From: Octopus vulgaris
Lineage: Eukaryota
Direction: 5' to 3'
Assembly (NCBI GenBank): GCA_951406725.2
Contig: OX597817.1
Coordinates: 10,292,001 to 10,356,000, forward strand
Length of the DNA: 64,000 nt
Position 1 is the stretch's first letter. The number at the start of each line of letters is the position of its first letter. The notes below the pieces were generated by a model. It worked only from the letters and a program-made list of their open reading frames with translations, was not told the origin of the DNA and searched no databases. The position numbers were made by a program, and so were the translations under genes. Positions 1 through 13,585 of the stretch are shown piece after piece.

Positions 1-170
1 CTGAAGAAACTGAAATAAAACAAGAAAGGACGTTACATGGAATAATGAAAATATGATAATGGTGTTGCCATAGTGTGCAAACCAGCTGGGAAAAGTTTTA
101 TCAAAATCGATTCATAGAAAACCTAGAAATCCTAGATTTCACTCCTAACCTATTAGCGTGGTTCTGGGTG

Positions 171-219
<49 letters not shown>

Positions 220-286
220 CGAGAAATGGGGCAGATAGATAGATAAATAGATAGACAGACAGACAGACAGATAGATAAACAGACAG

Positions 287-317
<31 letters not shown>

Positions 318-584
318 GATAGACACTCATGCATACACATAGATACACATGCACAAACATATGTGGGTGTGTAAGCACACACAGGTACACAGAGCCATAC
401 ATCCACATTTAAGCTCATACACAGCTGTACCTCCAACTATACACTCTCACAGATACATGCGCGTGTGTGTGTGTGGTGTGCATGTGTATGTGAGCATATT
501 AAAGCATACGTAGCAAGAAAGATAACAAAAAAATTAAGAATAACCCCCTCACAATCATCTAACCCTGTAATCTTATACATGAGT

Positions 585-840
585 GGAGGCGCGTGACTTA
601 GTGGTTACAGTGTCGGCATCATGATCGTAAGATTGTGGTTTCGATTCCTGGACCGCGCGACGCGTTGTGTTCTTGAGCAAAACACTTCATTTCACGTTTT
701 TCCAGTCCACTCAGCTGGCAAAAATGAGTAACGCTGCGATGGACTGGGGTTCCATTCAGCTGGGGAACACATACGCCATAGAAACTGGGAAACCAGGCCC
801 ATGAGCCTGGCTAGGCTTTAAAAGGGCTCATTTATTATTT
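585..840 (+). mobile_element. tRNA-derived SINE, head C + tail X
   Basis: ggaggcgcgtgacttagtggtta...ggtttcgattcc; tail gcgatggactgg...gaaactgggaaacc; probable TSD tatacatg. Confidence 0.8.
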
Positions 841-944
841 TATATACATGTACATATACGTATATACATGCATGTCTACTCATAGATGTATATATATATA
901 TGCAAATCCATACATAGATATACATGTATATTCTTCTTAAGGGT

Positions 945-1744
945 ATACACGGTAAATTTTCATAAGTGCACCAACACACATTTCACTAAAAAAAAAAAAC
1001 ACCTCGGATTTTTTGCATGGAATCAAGTACCCTGACCGCCTAATGAGCCGCAATCCCTTTAATTTTGGTCGGAAAAATATGGGGTAGAAAATCAGAACCC
1101 CCCACCATCTCGGAATCATTGGAACTTTTTTTTCCTTGAATGAATTATAGTGACTGCCTAATATGCCATGAAGCATTTTTTTGTCCAGAAAACGGAGGTT
1201 GGGGTGAGGTGGAAAACTTGGAAATTTTACTGCCACCCCAACATTTTAGAGAAATACGTTTTCGAAAGTATGGATTATATAAGACTGAAAATTCAAACAA
1301 CTTTGAAAAGAAGTGAAAATGCTAAAGTTATAGAAATTATTGGTAATGACAAGAACATATCCTCTGGAGAATTTTTGTGTAAAAGAATAATAAAACAAAA
1401 TAACTTTTTCATACCTCTTAAAATCACTGGGAAAATTAATTCCAGATTGCAGAATAGATTCAACTGATATCAAGTGTTTTAGATAAAAATTAAAAAAATC
1501 ATTTTTTCCTTTGCAAGTTTTCCCGCCTGAAACTCTAATCGAGATTTAGAGAATCAGTTTTTCAAAGAATCGATTTAAAATAACTATATCTTAAATGTTG
1601 TGTGAGAAAAGAAATATATTCTAATTGGAAAATATTGTATCTTTTAAAAACAACCTTAATTTACATACTATATCTTGTATGTTTAAGAAGAAGAAACATT
1701 TGTCTTCTCTTCCACAGTACCAAGCATTTGTTTGTGTGCATGAA

Positions 1745-1775
<31 letters not shown>

Positions 1776-2038
1776 AACAGAGATGAAAAACATCTCATTA
1801 GTATCATTTAAAATAGTTTTTATTTCATTTATGTTACTCCTCTCTTTCATAGAAGACCCTTTCTTTCTTACTATATCCATAGTCTCTCATCTCTCTCTCT
1901 CTCCCCACGCAAAAATGAAATGCATAACCCGGTAAGTGCAGGTGCACTTATCAAAATTTACCTAATCCCTTACAAAACATTCTTTTCAAATTTTAAGCCC
2001 CAAAAATTAGGGGGTTCCTTATACACATTAAAATACGG

Positions 2039-2042
<4 letters not shown>
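945..2042. mobile_element. Probable non-autonomous DNA transposon (Tc1/pogo-like)
   Basis: ggtaaattttcataagtgcacc near 951 is inverted relative to ggtgcacttatcaaaatttacc near 1941; the right end resembles pogo/Tigger termini and abuts (TA)n. Confidence 0.45.
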
Positions 2043-2076
<34 letters not shown>

Positions 2077-2079
<3 letters not shown>

Positions 2080-2617
2080 GACCTGTTGAGGCAAGTGAAA
2101 ATCAAATCAAATCAAATCAAAACAAATCAAAATAGATGAACATCAATGGAATTTGTATCTTTGTGGTACCAGTGCCGGTGGCACACAAGAAAATCATCCG
2201 AACGTGGCCGTAGCCAGTACCGCATTGACTGGCCTCTGTGCTTGGGGGACGTAACAAACACCATCCGATCGTGGCCGTCCGCCAGCCTCATCTGGCACCT
2301 GTGTCGGTGGCACATAAAAACACCATCCGAGCGTGGCCGTCTGCCAGCCTCGTCTGGCACCTGTGTCGGTGGCACATAAAAACACCATCCGAGCGTGGCC
2401 GTTCGCCAGCCTCGTCTGGCACCTGTGTCGGTGGCACATAAAATCACCCACTACACTCTCGGAGTGGTTGGCGTTAGGAAGGGCATCCAGCTGTAGAAAC
2501 ACTGCCAGATCTGACTGGCCTGGTGCAGCCTTCGGGCTCCCCAGACCCCAGTTGAACCGTCCAACCCATGCTAGCATGGAAGCGGACGCTAAATGATGAT
2601 GATGATGATGATGATGA
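2077..2617 (+). mobile_element. RTE 3'-UTR-derived repeat (family B)
   Basis: Tandem units of about 61 bp, then gagtggttggcgttaggaagggcatccagctgtagaaac...aacccatgctagcatgga, then (GAT)n. Confidence 0.85.
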
Positions 2618-2624
2618 TATATAT

Positions 2625-2835
2625 AGTTCAAATTTACAGAAAACAAAAGACGAAGACAGATGAAGGAACAACAAGCGACTGTATTAGTAAAATCTTGAGA
2701 AGAACGGAAAAGTCTTTGATGTTTCATGCCTACGCTCTTCATCAGAAAGGATTGAGAGGGAAAAAAACGGAGAGAGAATGAAAAAAAAGTGAAAGAGAAA
2801 GTGTGTTGGGATTAATGGTTCAATATGATGAAATG
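2625..2835 (-). mobile_element. Penelope-like terminal repeat with minimal hammerhead (2714-2749)
   Basis: Minus strand: CTTT CTGATGA A GAGC-GTAG-GCAT GAAA CA TC AAAG. Flanked by TA-rich microsatellite; similar to 59915-60092. Confidence 0.6.
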
Positions 2836-2844
2836 ACCTTAAGG

Positions 2845-2899
<55 letters not shown>

Positions 2900-2961
2900 C
2901 CTTAACCCTTTAGTATTCAAATTATTCTGTCAAGTACAATGCTTATTTATTCACATTGTGA

Positions 2962-3156
2962 CTAGCACCTGTGCCGGTGGTATGTAAAAAGCACCCACTT
3001 CACTCTCGGAGTGGTTGGTGTTAGGAAGGGCATTCAGCTGTAAAAACCTTACCAGATCAGATTGGAGTCTGATGCAGCCTCCTGGCTTGCCTGTCCTCAA
3101 TCAAACCATCCAACCCATGCCAGCATGGAAAGTGGGCGGTAAACGATGATGATGAT
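2962..3156 (+). mobile_element. Family B, truncated
   Basis: Same 3' block and (GAT)n tail. Confidence 0.8.
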
Positions 3157-4354
3157 TGCTATACTTATATTTTGTTTATACATATATATCACCTTACAGA
3201 TGAATATACTTATGGAAAAATGTATTCTCTTTGTGCATCTATCTGAATATATAGCTAACATCATACAGTTAGTTGTATCCATTCGTCTGCAATAATACAA
3301 TGTAAATACAAATAGTTATACTAGAAACAGAATAGAAAGCTGAATAGTTATTTATAAAGACATAATCTCCTCAATTGTAACCTTTTCAAAATACAGTTTT
3401 AATTTTTAATAGAACTATAGTGCCATGAACACCAAAATCACTAATTCAATCTTAGTCTAATCTTTACAGTGTGACCAACTGATTTATCTACTAACATTCT
3501 TTTGTGAACCCTAAAATACAACAAAAACCAAATTTCTGTACAAATGATATCATGACTTGAATTTGACACTTCTGTTTACACATGTACTTCCACACCTGAG
3601 TGACCTAAATAAGAACAAAAGTCCTGCATCAAACCAAAATAAATCTCCTCACCATAACTTTCTGAAAAGACACACTTTACAAACACATACTTGCCTTCTA
3701 TCCTCCTCTTTCCCACCTTCCTACACAACTACATCATGATTCCGCCTATACGACACCTAATCATCATTCTACCTAACACCATCTGCCTAAAAAAGAAACA
3801 ACTTGCCAATGACTATATGGATTCAAAAAGAAGCCAGATGAAGCACAGTGTAATAATAATGATAATAATAATAATAATGAAATTATTGTATATAGTGCTC
3901 AGGTGCACCACAAGGGGAGCAACCCAAAAGTACAAATTCACTGTTAATCTTTTCCTTGTAAAGGTTCGCAAAATATGGAGAAAAAGAGATACATACATAC
4001 ATACATACACATATGTATGTATATATACACACCTGTGTGTCTGTCTGTCTGTCTGCACACTCTTTTACTCCTGAACTGCTGTAGGGCATCTAGCTGTAGA
4101 AACCATACCAAAGCTGACACTGGAACTTGAGGGAGTCTGGCAGCTCACCAGATCCTGTTAAACCATCTAACCCATGCCAACATGGAAAGTGGACATTAAA
4201 TAATGATAATGATGATGGTGGTATATGTGTATGTGTGAGTGTGCCTGTGTGTGTATATACATAATGATCTTCTATACAGTTTCTTTTTTAACAGTTCTAT
4301 TCCCAAGGCATTGATTGGCCCAAGATTATTGTGGAAAAATTACACAATAATAAA

Positions 4355-4519
4355 GGCGCAAGAGTGGCTGTGTGATAAATAGCTTGCTTACCAACTACAT
4401 GGTTCCGGGTTCAGTCCCACTGCGTGGCACCTTGAGCAAGTGTCTTCTACTATAGCCTCGGGCCGACCAAAGCCTTGTGAGTGAATTTGGTAGACAGAAA
4501 CTAAAAGAAGTTCGTCTTA

Positions 4520-4568
<49 letters not shown>

Positions 4569-4780
4569 TGGTGTTTGTCCCCACCAACATCGCTTGACAA
4601 CTGATGCTGGTGTGATTATGTCTCTGTAACTTAGCAGTTCAGCAAAAGAGACCGATAGAATAAGTACTAGGCTTACAAGGAATAAGTACTGGGGTTGATT
4701 TGCTCGACTCAAGGCGGTGCTACAGCATGGCCGCAGTCAAATGACTGAAACAAGTAAAAGAGTAAAAAGAGTAAAGAGTA
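4355..4780 (+). mobile_element. tRNA-derived SINE, family A (internal TA/TG microsatellite)
   Basis: Head ggcgca.gagtggctgtgtg...gggttcagtccc (A/B box-like); CORE-like ccttgagcaagt; gtaaaaga repeat tail. Confidence 0.85.
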
Positions 4781-5258
4781 TACCTAGGAGTAGCACAGTA
4801 AAACTCAAAACTAACCTCTTCATTGCAGTTATGAATAGAAGTAAGACTTATTTTTAATTGCACTTTTATAAAAATAATATATGCTTTATGACTTGAAAGC
4901 CAAAGTCATAATCTGCTATGACAAGCTTATAAAGTCAGTAAAGGGAAAGAGACTGGCAGCAAGAAATTCAGCAGCACTAGATCAGAATATAGCTTTGGTG
5001 TGTAGATACATTTTATCGACCATTGATCATAAATCTCTACGTATGGTGAAACTGGTGGGCATCCATCACAGAAATTCTATTAAGAATGATACAAATGTCT
5101 GTAGAAAGTGCATAGCTCATTGTAAAGACATTGTAACAGAAATTTGAAAATAATTCCCTCTAATAGGTAAATTGCTGATATGAAAATACGTGTAATAGAA
5201 TAATTGCGACAAATATAGTAAAGAACAAATGTCTAGAAACATATATGTACATGTGTGA

Positions 5259-5301
<43 letters not shown>

Positions 5302-5345
5302 TAAATATGCACACATGGATATGTGTATGAGTGTGTGTGTATATA

Positions 5346-5749
5346 TACTCTTTTACTCTTTTACTTGTTTCAGTCATTTGACTGCAGCTATGCTGGAGCA
5401 CCGCCTTTTAGTCGAGCAACTCGACCCAGGACTTATTCTTTGTAAGCCCAGTACTTATTCTATCGGTCTCTTTTGCTGAACCGCTAAGTGACGGGGACAT
5501 AAACACACCAGCATCGGTTGTCAAGCAATACTAGGGGGACAAACACAGACACACAAACACACACGCACATATATATATATATATACATATATACGACAGG
5601 CTTCTTTCAGTTTCCGTCTACCAAATCCACTCACAAGGCTTTGGTCGGCCAGGGGCTATAGTAGAAGACACTTGCCCAAGGTGCCACGCAGTGGAACTGA
5701 ACCTGGAACCATGTGGTTCGTAATCAAGCTACTTACCACACAGCCACTC
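5346..5749 (-). mobile_element. SINE family A
   Basis: Reverse complement of the family A pattern. Confidence 0.85.
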
Positions 5750-5769
5750 ATATATATATATATATATAT

Positions 5770-6755
5770 ATCATCATCATCATCTTTATCATCATCGTTT
5801 AGCATCCATTTTCCATGCTGGCATGGGTTGAACGGTTTGACTGAGGTGTGGAGAGCCAGCAGCTACACCAGGCTCCAATCTGATCTGGTAATGTTTTGAC
5901 AGCTGGACGCCCTTCCTAACGCCAACCACTCTGAGAGTGTAGTGGGTATTTTTTACATACCACCAGCACAGGAGCCAGTCAGGCAGGCCTGGCATCGATC
6001 ACAGGGGCCAGTCAGAAGGTACTGGCATCAGCCATGCTCGGATAGTGCTTTTTACATACCACCAGCACAGGAGCCAGTCAGGCAGGCCTGGCATCGATCA
6101 CAGGGGCCAGTCAGAAGGTACTGGCATCAGCCATGCTCGGATAGTGCTTTTTACATACCACCAGCACAGGAGCCAGTCAGGCAGGCCTGGCATCGATCAC
6201 AGGGGCCAGTCAGAAGGTACTGGCATCAGCCATGCTCGGATAGTGCTTTTTACATACCACCAGCATGGGAGCCAATCAGGAGATACTGGTATCGGCCACA
6301 TTCAGATCGTACTTTTTACATGCCACTGGCAAGGGAGCCAGCTAGAGGGTACTGGCATCAGCCACATTTGGATGGTGCTTATTAAGTGCTACCAGCAAGG
6401 GAGCCAGTCAGGTAGATCTGGCATCGACCACATCCGGATGGTGCTTTTTACATGTCACCAGCTTGAGTGCCAGTCAGGGGCCACTGGCCACAGCTACAGT
6501 ATTGGTTTTACTTGACTCAACAGGTCTTCTTAAGCATATCATATCACCCAATGCATCATGGGTACTTTTAATTGGGCTGTACATGCATGGCTGTTATCTC
6601 ACTTTGTGAGTTGCCAGGTCTTCTCCTGTCATTACCTCTGTGATACCCAATGTTCAAAGGTCATGGTTCACCACCTCATCCCATGTCTTCCTGGGTTCAC
6701 CTCTTCCACAGTTAGGGAGTGGTACTTACTCACACAACTGTCCTTATCCATTTGA
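5770..6755 (-). mobile_element. 5'-truncated RTE LINE: ORF C-terminus, tandem-repeat 3' UTR, (GAT)n tail
   Basis: Minus strand MDKDSCVSKYHSLTV/RGEPRKTWDEVVNHDL*TLGITEVMT matches the RTE GRPRKTW motif; the UTR holds three 99-bp copies at about 5949-6265. Confidence 0.8.
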
Positions 6756-6866
6756 CGCTTCTTATTCCCAAGGTATATATCGTTTTTAGAAAACATAAAT
6801 CCAGAGAAAAAGCACGTTCTAAGAAGTAGAGCAGTCTATGTTTTTTTTTTTTTATGGGGAATGCTC

Positions 6867-7086
6867 GTTTATGGGGTTGCCCTGGGTTTAACTTTATGGC
6901 ATACCGTCAGACTCCAAAACCTGTTGGACTAAGACCTCTTTAAAATAAGGAGAGGAAAAGCCTTGTTACAAATGTAAAGAAGGGGATGGAGATAATCCCC
7001 TTGTTTAGGTCTTAGGCCGGCAGATCTTGGGGTCTGAAGATATGCAATAAAGTTAATCCCTTTATGGAGAGGAAACCCTCATAAAC
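6867..7086. repeat. Long imperfect inverted repeat / branched hairpin
   Basis: 6889-6937 pairs with 7007-7055 (about 40/49); outer gtttatggggttgcc pairs with ggaaaccctcataaac; inner aaggggat/atcccctt stem. Confidence 0.75.
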
Positions 7087-7119
7087 CGGTCTTACCCAGT
7101 AAAATATATATATATATAA

Positions 7120-7410
7120 GGTGGCACGTAAAAAGCACCATCCGATCGTGGCCGTTGCCAGCCTCGCCTGGCCCCCATGCCGGTGGCATGTAAAAAGCAC
7201 CATCTGTCCATGGCCGTTTGCCAGCTCCGTCTGGCACCTGTGTGGGTGGCATGTAAAAAGCAGCCACTACACTCACAGAGTGGTTGGCGTTAGGAAGGGC
7301 ATCCAGCCGTAGAAACACTGCCAGATCGGACTGGGCCTGATGCAGCCTTCTGGCTTCACAGACCCCAGTTGAACCGTCCAACCCATGCTAGCATGGAAAG
7401 CGGATGCTAA

Positions 7411-7445
<35 letters not shown>
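7120..7445 (+). mobile_element. Family B
   Basis: Two tandem units, 3' block, (GAT)n. Confidence 0.85.
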
Positions 7446-7804
7446 AGAGATGCAGAGGTAGATGAGATAAGATATATATATGTATGTATGTATATATAGG
7501 AAGAGAGAGAGAGAGAGGAGAAAGTGACTACCTTATATGTGTGGTTGCTGTGCGTGTGTGTGTGTATGTATATGTGTGTGTTGTAGGGATCAAGAAGAGA
7601 AAGGTGTTATGAGTTTGTAGTTATTTCTTGCTGTTGCTATACTACTTCTTCCACTGTCCTTGCTTTAGGCTCACTGTGCCTCACAGAAACATTTTAAGGG
7701 CGAATGACTGGAAAAAGCACAATGAAGTGCTTGACAAAATTCCCATAAGCATTTAGTTTTATTTTATTATGTTCTAGAAATATTGATGATATACTTTGGG
7801 AATT

Positions 7805-8256
7805 CTCGTTGTAGTTGCAATTGCGAGAGATGTGATTTGGAAGACGAGGCTGAAAGGTTTAGAGTCAGGCAATTTCATCTCTGGCCCTGGGTTGATGAAT
7901 TACTTCATTTTCCATCTGAAAAGGAAAATAGGGCTGGAGAGAAAATGCCTGACTAAAAAAGTGTTTGAAGAACGATGGAAGAATGTAGCGTGGATGTTGC
8001 GTATGGATGGTACCACATAAATGTGAAACAAGACGAAAACCCAAGTATCAGTGGCGAGGCAGGGCTCGTGGGGTCCGAGCTAAAACCGCCCCCACTCCAT
8101 CCGTAATGTCTTCTGGTCTGTTCTACCATTCGATTTTTTGTCATTTTTTGTAAATTTTTAAAGTTCATCATTTTGTGTAATTTCATTCGGTAATCTGACC
8201 CCATAGCAGATTGTATTGTCCCCTCTATGTTCGCCCCTTGTGGATAATAAAAAATC
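7805..8256 (+). mobile_element. 5'-truncated LINE (Tx1/L1-like ORF2 C-terminus plus 3' UTR)
   Basis: 18-bp TSD tgatatactttgggaatt at 7787-7804 and 8257-8274; ORF VVAIARDVIWKTRLKG...VFEERWKNVAWML*. Clade assignment is by recalled similarity. Confidence 0.8.
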
Positions 8257-8801
8257 TGATATACTTTGGGAATTTTACTCTTCCACATAAACTATAAACT
8301 ATAGCAATACAAGTAATGTACTGAGGTCAGTTCAATCAATAATTCAGCAATTTCTTAACTTCTACAAATATGGTATTTTATAGAAAAACTATAGTAGAAT
8401 TATTCAAATATCATTTCAAGTTTTATGGTTTTGTTAAAAATATTCTTTAACCAACATTTGTTTAATTTCTAATTAAGCAAAGGAAATTTTAAAGAATTAA
8501 TTATTAGAAAAGTCATGAATATGTTTGTTAACCAATAGCTATGCTATATAGTTGGGAAATAAATATTACATTGTATAGAGGAAGAACATGTACAATTTCA
8601 CTTGTTTCTGTTATTAGACTGCAGCCATACTGGAGCACCACTACATATATAGACCATAAAATAATATTAAAATATCAGAATTGTAGCCATCTACATATGA
8701 AACTTATTCATTGATTGTTAATAAAAATATAAAGGCAAAGTAGTTTTGAATAGATGATATGTTTCAAGGAAGGCAAGTTCACAACTTGATGAAATATAGC
8801 T

Positions 8802-9322
8802 ATCATCATCATCATCATCGTTTAACGTCCGCTTTCCATGCTAGCATGGGTTGGACGGTTCAACTGGGGTCTGGGAAGCCAGAAGGCTGCACCAGGCCAG
8901 TCAGATCTGGCAGTGTTTCTACAGCTGGATGCCCTTCCTAATGCCAAACACTCCGTGAGTGTAGTGGGTGCTTTTTATGTGCCACCAACACAGGTGCCAG
9001 ACGAGGCTGGCGAACGGCCACACTCGGATAGTGTTTTTTTATGTGCCACGGACACAGGTGCCAGACGAGGCTGGCAAATGGCCACACTCGGATGGTGTTT
9101 TTTATGTGCCACCAGCACGGAGGCCAGGCGAGGCTGGCACGGCCACGATCGGATGGTGTTTGTTACGTGCCACCAGCACGGAGGCCAGTCGATGCGGTAC
9201 TGGCTACGGCCACGTTCGGATGGTTTTCTTATGTGCCACCGGCACTGGTACCACAACACAAAACTACAAATTCCATTGATGTTTATCGATTTTGATTCGA
9301 TTGGATTTGATTTGATTTGATT
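8802..9322 (-). mobile_element. Family B
   Basis: Reverse complement closely similar to 2077-2617. Confidence 0.85.
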
Positions 9323-11401
9323 TTTACACATTATCCCACACATTATAGAACCTATGCCCTTTGGGAGAAGGCATGAATCTCACACCTTGAAAATTCACAA
9401 TAACAGCTGTGTTGTTCATTAGTTCCAACCAGCTATGCTTCAATGGACATATGGTATTAAAAGGCTTAATCTTTTTGATACTAATCTGGTTTTATGATAT
9501 AAAACTGCCTATTTTACAATGGTTATATTGAAGTTAAGACCTTCTTTCATAATATCTTATGCAAATTTTGCTATGTTCCAAACAAGGAAAATGAAAATGT
9601 TAATTATTATACTTAATTCCTTTAAGTTCTTGATTACGTTCAAAATTAATTGAAACATGTAGAGAATGTTTTTTCATAAGAGGCAAGTTCATTAACAGAT
9701 TAACTGCTTGAAGAATTCCCAAATTGGTTTTTAATTCTACCTATTTCATCTTCATTGTGAGACAAGCTGCCTTAAAATTTAGGGCTTACTTTGCAACAGG
9801 ACCACAAGTTATGGTGAGGGTGTAGCTGATATGGGTAGTGCTTATTGTATCAATTCCAGAAAGATGAAAGGTAAAGTTGACTCCAGTGGGATTTGAATTA
9901 AAACACAGGTAAAAGAAAATACCACAAGGCATTTCATCTGCCAAATCTCTTATTTCTGCTTATTTAGCACTACCGTAATATTATATTCACATTATTCACA
10001 TTGACACAAGAAACCCAATTTGGGGGATAGGATGTAATTAAGTAAATTGACCTCTGCATTTAACAGGTACTTATTTTATCAACCCCACAATTCTTTTCTA
10101 CTTTAGGCACAAGGCTCGAAATTTTAAGGGAACACAGCCAGTCAGTTAGATCAACCTGAGTACGCAACTGGTACATTTCAGTAAGAGGTAGAGTCAAACC
10201 AATAAAGATTTGAATTAAGAATATTAAAGGGACGTAATTAAATACTAGATGCTCAGCTAATTCTTGTGATCCTCTACCCTCAACATTATTTTGATATTGG
10301 TTTAAATTTTGGAACAAGGCCAGCAGTTTCAGGGGAGAATGGTAGTCAATTATATCACCCCCAGTGCTTAACCGGTACTTATTTTATTGACCCCAAAAAG
10401 GATGAAAGACAAAGTTGACCTCAGTGGAATTTGAACTCAGGACATAAAGATGAACTAAATGCTTAGCAGCATTTTGCCTGACAGGTTAACAATTCTGCCA
10501 GCTTGTCACCTTACACTGTTTTAATATTAATTATTCTTTCCTGCACAATGAGCTAATTATCGAACAATTAAAGGGAAAATATCTGCTCATGAAACAGAAA
10601 GTACTTTCTAATAACTAAGATATTACCCAGGTTGATGGTTTATTTACACTATCCTCAGATCAGTCTATTTAGAATTAGTTCAAACTTGAATTTCAGTTTA
10701 ACCTTAAACCTTATTTAAATGATTAAAAAAGTCTGTACTTAACTTTATTTTCATAAGATACTAAACTCTGAAATTTCTTATTTTTTACTTTTCTGGCAAA
10801 TGCTGCACTCTACCTCACACAATGAAAGCAATTAAAATTTCCATTATAAAATCTGTTAATCCTCAAAGGAGCTTTTTTTTTTCTATGTATTGTCTTATTT
10901 CAAAAGAATGAGAGCATTTAGACTTAAGGGTTTGAAGACTTCAATAGAGACTGTTTTTGATATGATTCAGTTTTGTATACATATAATCAGAGTTTTGAAG
11001 AATGTATAATAATATAGTGTTTTTAAGAGGTTGAAGGTTTAATTCATAACTGGAAAGATTATTAAAAATTGATTATTTTTCTACAGGAAGTCCCCTTTTA
11101 CTTTTATTTTCCAATCAATTAATCGATATTACCCTATGCAAAGATGACAAATAGGTATTGATTGTTTTACTTTCTAAATGAATTACATCCATGAATGGTT
11201 GATAAACTGCAATGAATTTCATGATGGTTTGTCTTCTATCAGCCGCTGCAGTTAGCAAAATACATATCTATTGCATTCAAATGTTTTCATAGCTGTACTT
11301 TCCCATGTTACTTATTTACAATTAGCTGTACTGACCACAAAGAGTTACATAACCAAATGACTTAGTTGTAGCAAACAGGTTGAAGTTGACTCAGCAATGT
11401 A

Positions 11402-11815
11402 GGCACAGGAGTGGCTGTGTGGTAAGTAGCTTGCTAACCAACCACATGGTTTCGGGTTCAGTCCCACTGCGTGGCATCTTGGGCAAGTGTCTTCTGCTAT
11501 AGCCCCGGGCCGACCAATGCCTTGTGAGTGGATTTGGTAGACGGAAACTGAAAGAAGCCTGTCGTATATATGTATGTATATATATATATGTATGTGTGTG
11601 TGTTTTATGTGTCTGTGTTTGTGCCCCTAGCATTGCTTGACAACCGATGCTGGTGTGTTTATGTCCCCCGTCACTTAGCGGTTCGGCAAAAGAGACCGAT
11701 AGAATAAGTACTGGGCTTACAAAGAATAAGTCCCAGGGTCGATTTGCTCGACTAAAGGCGGTGCTCCAGCATGGCCGCAATCAAATGACTGAAACAAGTA
11801 AAAGAGTAAAAGAGT
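11402..11815 (+). mobile_element. SINE family A
   Basis: Full-length match. Confidence 0.85.
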
Positions 11816-12980
11816 ATAGAAACTACTGACTATTCTGTCAATGGTCTAAAACACTATCAACTCAACCATTTGTAAGTCAATTGTTACTGTATCCATTCAA
11901 AATGAGGGTGGCTTCTATATTTATTGGATACCAACAAAATAAGGCATGTATGTACAGGCCAAAAAGGGAGCCTCTGCATGATTGCTCAATTTGCTTGAAA
12001 TAGTCGGCGAATCTCCCTCAGACCACACCCTGGTGCCTTAAAAATCAATCAGATAATGTGGTCCAAAGACTACAGCTCCTTAAATATTGATGAGATAGTC
12101 ATGGCTTGAATACTTTTAACTATAAGTCTATTACATCAAGCCAAACTCAAGACAACAACAATGTTTAAGAGACCTACTCCAGTCTCAGCTATTTATTTTG
12201 GCTCCTTCTTACTCAAATGCATTTTTTTTTAGTAATCTTCCAAACTAAGCATCATTATTTTCTTAATAGCATGTAGTGGATGTGTGAGTGTATAAATAAA
12301 TACATAAACTGTTTCATGATTAAAAAGGGATTTATTTACATGGGTTATAAGTACACTACATACAAATGTAAGCAAATGCTACGAATTGCTTGTATAGAAC
12401 ACATATTAAAGATGAATATGTTTGTGTGTGTGTGGGTGTGTGCGTGAATCATTCGGAACAGTAGCCGATAGATACTGTAGGCATTTCTCTGTCATCTCCA
12501 AATCTGTCTGCTGGTGTGTCAGCTGCGATTGTGTTTCTTTCTCTGTTTTTCCCTTGTATTTATAATATTTGAAACAGCTAGAAAGATAGACATACTGCAA
12601 CAGAGTTACTACTTAAGTAGGTCAGCGCTTGTCCAGTTGAACTTCGCCTGACATGGCTGAGGCCGCAGGTCAAAGGGAGATAATCAATCACTTTTTGACA
12701 AAACAAAGAGATCCTTAAATTTTGCGCCTATACATGCATTGGTTTTTGACGACCGATGATTCTTGGATTCAATTTCGAATCTAGGCTTAGAGAAGGAAGT
12801 GCTAACTCTTACAAGCACTTAATAACAGCCATAAATATATAATTAGGAAACTCTGATCTCAAAATAAGGAATGTACTACCAAATGACAGTTAGGAATCTT
12901 TAGATTTCAAAATAAAAATTAAAACTGTTTCTCCTTTTAGACTTATTGCATCATTTTTTAAATTTAAAATGCATAACTGC

Positions 12981-13495
12981 GAAGACTTGTTGAGGCAAGT
13001 GAAATCAAAATCGAAATCAAATTCGATGACTGGCATCCATGCTAGTGGAGCGCTAAGAGAACCATACGAGTGAGATTGGGGCCAGAGCAACAAGCTGCTG
13101 GCCTCCGAGCCGATGGCACATTAAAAACACTATTCAAGCGTGATTGTTACCTGCATCGCTTATTAGCACCTGTACTGGTGGCACGTGAAAAAAACATTTG
13201 AGCAAGGTCGTTGCCAGTGCCGCTGGACTGGCTTCTGTGCAGGTGGCACATAAAAAGCACCATTTGAGCATGGCCGTTGCCAGTACTGCCTGATTGGCCC
13301 TCATGCCGGTGGCACATAAAAGCACCCACTACACTCTCGGAGTGGTTGGCATTAGGAAGGGCATCCAGCTGTAGAAAATCTGCCAGATCAGATTGGAGTC
13401 TGGTGCAGCCATCTGGTTAGCCAGACCTCAGTCAAATCGTCCAACCCATGCTAGCATGGAAAGCGGACGTTAAACGACAATGATGATGATGATGA
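12981..13495 (+). mobile_element. Family B (subfamily variant)
   Basis: gaagacttgttgaggcaagt start, tandem units, 3' block, (GAT)n. Confidence 0.85.
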
Positions 13496-13585
13496 ACTTA
13501 GGCTACAAGCTGCATTAAAACTATGATTCTAACAGTATGAACATAACACTACCCATATCCTTACATTATATATATATATATAAGT

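Noticed and set aside
2170-2450. Repeat-spacer appearance of family B arrays (CRISPR-like)
   Set aside because: The apparent spacers are homologous to each other, there are no cas genes, the context is eukaryotic, and the arrays are part of an RTE 3' UTR.
5942-6515. 147-aa and 156-aa ORFs with 33-aa repeats
   Set aside because: Antisense translation of the 99-bp tandem repeat inside an RTE UTR.
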